Part shown: one piece after another, positions 33,101-42,100 of the stretch
How the letters are laid out: each line of letters opens with the position of its first letter
Position numbering within the stretch: position 1 is the first letter of the stretch
NCBI GenBank assembly: GCA_965644315.1
Contig: CBFFRQ010000038.1
Span: forward strand, 293,178 to 357,177
DNA from: Caecitellus pseudoparvulus
Lineage: Eukaryota > Protista > Bigyra: Bicosoecida
Length of the DNA stretch: 64,000 nt
Direction: 5' to 3'
Translations under genes and position numbers: made by a program
The notes under the pieces: generated by a model
Seen by the model: the letters and a program-made list of their open reading frames with translations, nothing else
Told to the model about the DNA's origin: nothing
The model's database searches: none

Positions 33101-36100
33101 AGCGATGTCGTTGCCATGTATACGTTGCACCCGGCCAACTTCAGTGCCCCTGCTTCCTCTGGACTTCGTTTTGGAAGGGCGGTGTTAGCGTTTGCAGACC
33201 TGAACGACGACGGCAGCATGGACCTTGCAGTTGGGACAGCGGGGAGTGTTTCTGACCATGGCGGTGTGTACATTCTCTTTCTTGGAAGCATGGGTTCCGT
33301 GCTGTCCTTCAATGACTTTGGCCCTGGAGACTTTTCCATCAATACGAACTTCTACCCGGATCCAGATATCGGTGCGAGTTTCACACCCTCGTGTCATCAT
33401 GGACAGAATGGCTTGCCCGCCCTTGTGATTGGTGCCCCTGGGTACAACTACGATGATGGTGCAGTCATCATCGCCAACTTGACCGTGTCTGCAACAGTAG
33501 ACTCGCCTGCACTCCTGCACAAACAAACCCCTGGCCTGACGAGTGTTGACTCAAATGTTCGCTTCGGGGCTTCGCTGGCAACACTTTCGGATGCCAACGA
33601 TGGGCGGGCCACCTTCGCTGTGGGTGCGCCTCATGCAGACTCTTCCTACGGAAAAGTGTACCTCGTCGAAGTTGACAAGGTTTTTGGAGTATCGCTGAAG
33701 AGCACCATTTCCACAGCATCGCCAGGCATTCCCTCATCGTCCGGCCCTGCCGGCCTTGGCGTGAGCCTGGCAGCTGTGCGGGCTTCGCAAGGTGCCGCCA
33801 TCGCAGACCTTCTCGTTGGTGCCCCGATGCTGGGGTTGGACGAGTACGGGTCAAGCGACATTGGCTCCTTGCTGCGTGTGAAGCTGGACGTGTCCGGCAG
33901 CGTGCAACACGTGAAGCAAAGCACAGTACTTCCTGTCAGCGATGCGACCATGCGTTTTTCTTCTTCCATCGCAGTTCTCCCGCGCTTGCGGGGAGCAGGA
34001 CTGGGTGCTTCTGTCCTCGTTGGTGCCCCAGGCGACGAGCAAGACGGACAGAGCGCGGCAGGATCCATTTTTGTTCTTGACACTGACCTGGCCTTGAACC
34101 CGCCTCCACCACTTTGCGGTGGAATCAACGACGACATGGTGAATCAACATGGTGTGCTACAGCCCGGCATGCCTCGTGCACCCGCACCAGCTGAGGAGTC
34201 TTTCGGCTCAGGCATTGCTTGGGTTGGAGACTTGAACGAAGATGGAACACCCGATCTCGCAGTCGGCGCAAGTGGTGGTGGTTCCAACGGAGGGGCTGTG
34301 TACATCCTGCTCCTCCAAACACGCATACCCACCGTGGCGTCGTTTGTCGAGCTGGATGCAGTCCAAATCGGCGTGTCAGGTGGTTCCTCGTCTGGCATCG
34401 GCCAAGGCCTTGCGTTTCTTGGCGATGCTGGGGGCGAGTGGGAGTCCAAGCTCGCCATCGGGGTGCCTACACATGATGATATTGGCTTCTTGCAAGTTGT
34501 AGAGCTCACCGCATCAGGCTCTGTGGCTTGGACAAAGCGGGTTTCGCCGCTTGCGCCAACTGAGCCAAACGCGATCACAGAGGGAGACATTTTCATTGCA
34601 TACTATGGAACGTCCCTTGCAACAGCCCCAGATCTGAATGGCGACGGACACCCTGAGCTGGTTGCCGGGATGCCTGGCTTCCACAATGCGGGCGGGTCTG
34701 GCGGCATTGTGTTGACTTTTTTCGGCACTGGGGCAAGCACACTGCACCACGTCCACGTGGGACAAGGGCTGCCTGCCACTGAGGGCCTCATGGGGGCCGT
34801 TCCGTTGCTTCGGGGGGGGCTTGGAGAGTCTGTGGCGGTGCTTGACGCCGACCTCACGGCCCGAACACTTCTCGTCGCCGCTGGCGCGCCATACGTGGAC
34901 TCCAAGGGTGCCTTGTACCTGTTCAAGTTTCATGCCTCTGGTGTGCTGCTGAACGTGACCATGATTGGGAGCTCAGTGCTGTACACGCCACCCCATGTGT
35001 CAGCGTTTGTCGCCGCGCACTTGGTGTCGAAGTTCGGGCATTCTCTGGCACCAGCTGGGGATGTGGACGGAGACGGTGCGCAGGACATTTGGGTAGGTTG
35101 CAGCGGGTGGAGCTCAGCAGAGGGGGCCGCCTTTTTGCTCCATCTCGGCCCTGGGGGCGAGCTTCAGAACGTTTCTCGCATTTCCAATCAGACGCAGGGC
35201 TTGGCCGCAGCCGTTTTTGGTGGAGACGAACTCGGCAGCGCACTTGCATCCACCAGCACTTGGACTGGAGGTCGGAACGTGCTTGCGATGGGGGCATCTG
35301 GTGCCTCCATCCAAAGCCCCGACGATGGTCGAGTCTTCTTGGTGGAGCTGAACACTGGTCCTCCCCCAGCCTCCCCAAGCTTTCCCAGTGGCACTGTTCA
35401 GAGCGTGTCCTCCAGGTCATCTGATAATCTTGCAGCCCACTTGCACTTTGGAGCAGCAATGGCTGGCATTGGAGACTTTTATGAGGATGGAAACTCCAAC
35501 TTGGAAGTCGCTGTCGGCTTGCCGGGTTCACCTCATGGAGGCGCCTGCACCACTGGATCGGTGAGCCTTCTCATTATGGATGGAGGAGGCTCAGTATTGA
35601 GTTTTGATAACATTCACGGCTCGAGTCTGTCAGCGCCACCAACAAGCTGTGCAGCTTCTGGCAATACCCCTGCCCTGTTCGGCAGCAGCATCGCAGCCAT
35701 CCACAATTTGCGAGGGGATGGCTCCACTGTGCTCGCTGTCGGCAGCCCTGGGATGCACTTCTCCAGCAAGGCAGGTGCAGGGGCCTTGTTTCTTATTCCG
35801 GCGTTTCAACGGGCCCAGTCTACGCGCATCACGTGGGATGATGTAGGCAGCGGCCTGCTTGCGGGCCAGGGAGCTCCACACCTCGGTGCATCTGTCGGTG
35901 CGCTGTGCGACTGCTCAGCTGATGAAGTCCCGGATGTCATGGTCGGGGCACCAGGTTTTCAAGTTCAGTCCAGCTCTCCTGATGGGGCCGTGTTCTTCCT
36001 GGCTTTGCACTCCAACGGATCAGTCCGGCACACGCAAGCTGTGCTGCACCGAGGGATGCCAGGGCTCTCGCAGCTTCCTGCGGGAGCTCGATTCGGCGCT

Positions 36101-39100
36101 TCCCTTGCTCTGGTTGAGCGCAGCGTTGATGCAAACTCCGCCCTCGTGGCTGTCGGCGCGCCCCATTCTTTGGCAGGGGCCGGCATGGTGTTTCTGATCG
36201 AGATGACCCTTGCAGGCAGCGTGACACAGGTTGCTGAGGTGTCTAGGTACCACGCACAGTTCAGCAGTGCTGTTCTGGGATCGCTGAGTCCAGGCCCAAG
36301 CGCCGCGTTCGGGTCGGCGTTGGCAGCGGGAGACGTCAACAGCGATGGCATCATGGACCTGCTCATTGGAGCAGAGAACGCCACTTCGGCTGTTTCAAGC
36401 AATAAAACCGGCGCCATGTATGTTTTCAGGCGGGGTCCAGCCCAGCAGGCTGCGGAGCGCGTCATGTGGCCGTTCACCGCTTCGCTTGGCGACGGCGATC
36501 GCCTCGGGTCCGCGTTTGCCTTCTTTGACAACTCTACCATAGCTGCGGGCGCATTGCTCGCAGTGGGTTTGCCGGGAAGGGACTCCCTTGAGTATGAGAA
36601 CGAGGGGGTCGTGCTCATGGCTCACACCTCCTTGGATGGTCCGGGACAGATTCCAGCGACCTGCGAACCAGGCATTCCTCAGGTGTCTTCCTTCCCTGAG
36701 GTGATGCACGCGAGCATCATCAGCAATGGGAGTGGCATAGATCCCGCAACCTTCCCCGATTGGTCCACCGGTGACAGGCTTGGTTGTTCTGTTGCATCGC
36801 TCGGAGACCTGGACAGAAATGGAGTGCCAGACATCGTCATGGGGCTGAAGGGCCACTCTGAGTCAGCGTCATCAGCTGGCGCAGTGTGGATTATGTTCAT
36901 GGACAACGCCGGGCGGGTAAGCTCTTCCGTGCTATTGAACAGCGACACTGTCGGCTTTCCCACGCTGCCGGCAAACTCAAACTTTGGCTGGAGTGTGGCT
37001 CTCTTCAGGAAACCGACGATGTTAAATCCTTTGGAGATCCTTGTGGGAGCGCCTGGCCAGAACGGAGGCAAGGGTGCAGTGTACTGGTTGCAATTGACCA
37101 ACGCAGGCGGCATCGCGAACTTCGAACAGTTTGGTAACTTGGACGCACTTGCCCATGACCTTGGCTCAGGTGCGGCGTTTGGTCGCTCAGTGGCCGCATT
37201 GCAAGATCTCAACAATGATGGACTGCCCGATTTCGCTGCTGGTGCTCCACTGGATGATGGGGACGATGGGTCAGTCCGGATTGTGTTTACTCGCGGGCGT
37301 GGCGAGATGAAGTTCTTCACGACTATCAGCAGCACGTCTGATGCCTTCCACGTAGCGCCAGGGCCACTCCTTGCACCAGGCAGTGGCACTAAGTTTGGCT
37401 CTGCTCTTGCGCCTTTGGTTGACTACAGCTCGGGCGGGCACACCGCCCTTGCAGTCGGTGTTCCTGCCCTTGACGTTCGAGGCGGCGTGTGGATCCTCGA
37501 GCTTGACGTGGATGGGTCTGTTCGGAACCAAAGCTTGATCCGGGCCCTGCATCACTTGCCTTCGAACCTTCAAACATACATTTCGGAGTGGGGCGCATCC
37601 CTTGCCCCAAGCGCCAAGCTTGATGTCACTGACTCCACTCCAGACCTGTGGGTCGGTTCCCCTGGCATGGTGGACCCATGGACTGGCGTGGCCGCAGGCG
37701 GTGTGTTTGGCATTACTTTCAACGCTCCGCAAGGCACGACCATACCTGCCGAGCAGTGGCTGAATCCTTCTGTGCAGTGGATCAACACAACGCAATTCGA
37801 GCTGTCCGGGCACCCACCCACCCAAGCTGGTCGACTTGGGTCGTCCATGGCAGCCCTGACGCCAGCCTTCTCGGGAGCCCCTGGTCGCACGGGGCTGTTA
37901 GTTGGGGCAGCCAAGCTGACTCCCGTCGGCCAAGGTACATGGGGTGGTGCGTACGTCTTGGAGACAACGCTGCCTGGTCGTCCCATCTCGGAGAACCCGC
38001 CCACAGCAAACGGTCCAGCCCCACTGGTGCACAGCTCGTTTGAGACTTCATACGGTGTCCTGGGTGTGGGGGCAAGGTTCGGCTCATCCATGGCTATGAT
38101 CTCCGAGAATGCGACTGTTGCGCTGGTGGCTGTTGGAGCGCCTGAGACGCAACTTATGGGAACGGGACGAGCTGGAGCGGTGCTGTTCTACCAGTATAGT
38201 GAAGGCGCTTTGAGCACCCCGCGCATGAAGGGGCTGCGAGACTTCATGCCATCAGCCACTCTGAATTCCGACCAACACTTTGGGGCCGCTGTGTCCTCAG
38301 CTGGGGATGTGAACCGTGATGGCGTGGTGGACTTGGCTGTTGGGATGCCTGGGTGGGCAGGCAACAAAGGAGCTGTGGTTATCGTTCCCCTGGCTGGTGA
38401 CTTCTCTGGAAAGGAAGTGGCAAGCGCTGTTACTATGCTGCGAGATGGCTTGAACGGGTTTTCGTCTCCGGCAGGGGCAGGGCCTGCCCCGAGGCTTGGC
38501 TCGAGCCTTGCCAATGGCGCCACGCAGCCCATCACACGGTTCACGACACTTTTCATTGGCGCGCCAGGTGGGGGTTCTGGTCAAGGGCATGTGGAGGCTG
38601 TGTTGCTTGCTGTCGATGGGCATGCAGCTGCACAGGCCACCGTTGCCATCGAGAACGAGAGTGACTCCGGATTCGGCTTGGCCATTGCGTACCTGGGGCC
38701 TGCCACTGGAGTGCAGGGCAAGTCCATGCTTGCGATTGGAGCCCCAGAAGAAGACGGCCGGGGCCTGGTCCACGTTTTCACGATATTTGATTCTTGGCCT
38801 TTGGCTCCACAGCTGTGGACCACGGTGAGCCAGCCAGTGACTCAAGCAGGCGTTCCCCACTCATACGGTTCCCGCTTTGGCGCAAGCTTGCACCTCTATG
38901 GAGACACCAATGAAGATGGCATCCCTGACATGTTCGTTGGAGCACCAGGTGCGGGGCTGAACCAGGAAGGTGCGCTGTTTGCGCTGCAGCTGTCCAATTC
39001 GACCCCTCCAACGAACGTGCTCGATTGGGTTGTGCTTTCTGAGACTCGTGGGGGTCTGCACCAGAATATCAAGCCGTCTTCCTTCTTGGGGTCTGCGGTG

Positions 39101-42100
39101 CTGCCCCTGAGGTACTCGCCATCCCCCTCTGGAGACATGCGCTTGTTGGTAGGCGTGCCGGGAAGGGGAAACTCGGGCTCCGTTCTGCAGGTGGTGTCGA
39201 CCCTGGAAGCCACACGTGAGATGGCACGTAAGCCCGAGCCGCTACCTGCAGCAAGGTTTCTGATGCCTTTTTCAACCCCAGGCTTGGTGCAAGTGGGGGA
39301 CGAGTTTGCCCGCTCTGCTATAGGCCTTCGCCGCAGTGACACGCACACCCACCTCGTGATTGGGTCGCCTGGAGCTGCCGCCGGTGCGGGCCGTGTTTGG
39401 CTTTCTTCAGCTCCCACCACGAGTGCCGGTGCGTCTGGCCTCTTCATTCACCTTGACCCTGAAAATGGGACGACGCCGGAGTTTGCGCTGTTCCCCGTCC
39501 AGCGCTTTGGCAGCGCACTGTGCGGTGCAGGGGACTTGACTGGCGATGGCAGCGACGAGCTCGTTGTCGGCAGTCCAGGCGAAGCGAGTGGGACTTCGAT
39601 GGGGCTGTTGCTGGTGCTGGACCTCGCCGCTCCGAGTGAGCGCAAGGGTTTGGCCGGCATTGCGGCAACTGAGCTGAGCGGAGGCATGGCCGGAACGGAG
39701 TTTGGCTTTGCATTGGCGTCCAGCTGTCGCAGCAACAGTGGCGCCGCTGCTTTAGTTTTCGCGGGTGCGCCGTGTGGGCCGAAATCCTCCTGTACAGGCT
39801 CAGTTTTTGCGTTGTTCCTAAATGCTACAGGCTGGCGGGAATCACACGCTGAGCTACCTGGAAGCACCTTTGGTTTCAGTGCTAGTGCAAGGTTTGGCTC
39901 CAGCATTGCTGTGCTGTCAGCGTCACTGGAGGATGGACACACGCTAGCCATTGGTGCACCAGGCGCAGATTCTGGCGACGGAGATATCGCTCTCGTCACG
40001 TATTCTCCACTCTCCGAGGAATCTCGTCTCATCAGCCGCTTGCGATCTGCCGGCCAAGCTGGGTTCATGACTCCAGTTCCGCAGGGCTACGGCTTCGGTC
40101 AAGTGCTGGCGAGCGCTGGAGACGTGATGGGAGACGGCATGGCGGACCTGGTGATTGGCATGCCTGGCGAGTTGGCCAGTGGCTTCACCGGACCTGGAGG
40201 GCTGCTACTGGCTTTTTTGGCGCCTGACGGCAACGTAAGCCACACGACAGCCCTTGGACCCACGGCAGGTGGGCTGACTGTACAGCAAGCCGCAGGGGGC
40301 TTGGGCGGCGCGCTTGCAGGCTGGCCATACAAGATTCCTGGGGAAGTGGTGCTGGTGGTCGGTGCTCCACAGCAGGCCGGAACTGGCAAGGCGTTCCACC
40401 TCCGCCTGCGAAGCCACACGGCGGTGAACCGCTCCACCTGCGCCGTTGATTGCCCAGGTGCCGGGTCGGGGTTCTGCCACCCTCCTGCGCTGAACAGCAC
40501 AGGGCAGAACCGTTCCACGCCCGTGCAAGAACCTTCGCCATCCCCCACAGCCTCCGCGACCCCTTCATCTTCCACATCCCCTGCCCAAATATCTGCCACT
40601 GCAACATCCAGTGCTTCACCGAGTGTGAGTGGATCCCCATCTGCTACAGTGTCCGGGGTAACTACCTCCCCGACAAGCAGCCCGCCTGGCAGCCCAGGGC
40701 AGGCGCCCTCTCCCTCAGGAGCTGCCCCGTCCACCACGCCCAGCCCAAGCCCCTCTGCCCTCCCTCCCTCTACTTGCGAGTCACAGTGGTGGGCAGTGTG
40801 TGTGTCGGGACGCGGACCTGCCCAGCCAGGCGCGAGTGCCTCACCATCCCCCGCTGCCGCCTCTAGCACTGCTGTCTCGAGGCTAGCTGTGTTGCCTGGC
40901 GCATGGTGCGATGGCTGCACCTCTGCAGCCCACTTGTTCCTGGCCAGCACCCAGTCGCAGTTCGGTGGCGTGCATGTGTGCCCTCGCTTCGGTGCCTGCG
41001 AGAGCGGCGGGGAGGGTGGCTCTCAGCTGCGGTGTGCGGCGGGCCACGTTGGGGCAGCCTGTGCAGGCTGCAAAGCAGGGCATGCGCCTCCAAACGGCTC
41101 ACCTTGCGCCCCTTGCGAATCCTGCCCCGAGACAGATGCAGTGTTCAGCGCTGGCCTGGCGGTGTTCGTAGTTGCGGCCACGATCGGCTTCGTCGTGCTG
41201 TCTGTGCGCGGTGTACAGCTGCGAGGCCAACTGACGCAGGACCTGCTCATCGGCTCTGCCCGCATGTTGCTGGGGTACATTGCGCTGATGGGGTATGTGA
41301 CCATGGCCCTCTCTCCGTTCACGGAGAACACCCTCGGCCTCGGGTCTCGCGCCGTCACCCGTGAGCAGTGGTACGAAGCGTGTGGCAGGGGCCAGGGGAG
41401 GCACTTGCAGCAAGTCTCACCTCTGGCTGGCTCGCTGCAAGCGTCGGCGGGCAACGCTTCATCGTCCCCGTGGGTGTCTGACGCTGCCTTGTACAGCCCT
41501 GAGCCGCCTGCTTCCGCTGGCAGCAAGTTCGCGTGGGTGAGCGACGCGTTCCGCTTCGCCGCATCCCTGACCGGCGCCCTTCCGCCGTCCAGCATTCCTG
41601 CCGCCAGCTGTGCGTTGGGGCACACCGCCTTTGCCACCCAAGTCCGGGCCATGTTCGGTCTGGCCGGCGTCGTGCTGGTCGGCATCGCGGTGGTGTTCGG
41701 AGTGCTGGAGCTGGGCTTCGCGAAGCCGGGGGCCCCTAAGCCCGTGCGGCCCAGCGCAGCCAAACCCCGATCACTGACTGCGAACCCGCTGCTGCTCTCC
41801 ACCGCAAAGTCGACGAAGAAGAGCCGGGCAGGCGAGGGGCCTTCGAAGGGCTCCGGGGCGCCTGGTGGCTCAGGCAGCCTTGCAACAGCCCAGCTGGTGC
41901 TGTGGACACTGCTTCGTTTCCTGCTGTCGGTGTACTTGCTGGCTTGGGGGGCAGTGGTGGCAGCATCCATGCAGGTACTGGCACCGGCATGGGCGCTTCC
42001 ATCGGGCACCTATGCCTTCCCGACCTCCCTGGCAGTAGACATTTCAGAGACTGGGGACTTGACTGTCGTGGCATGGCTGAGCCTGATCCTGCACGCAGTG

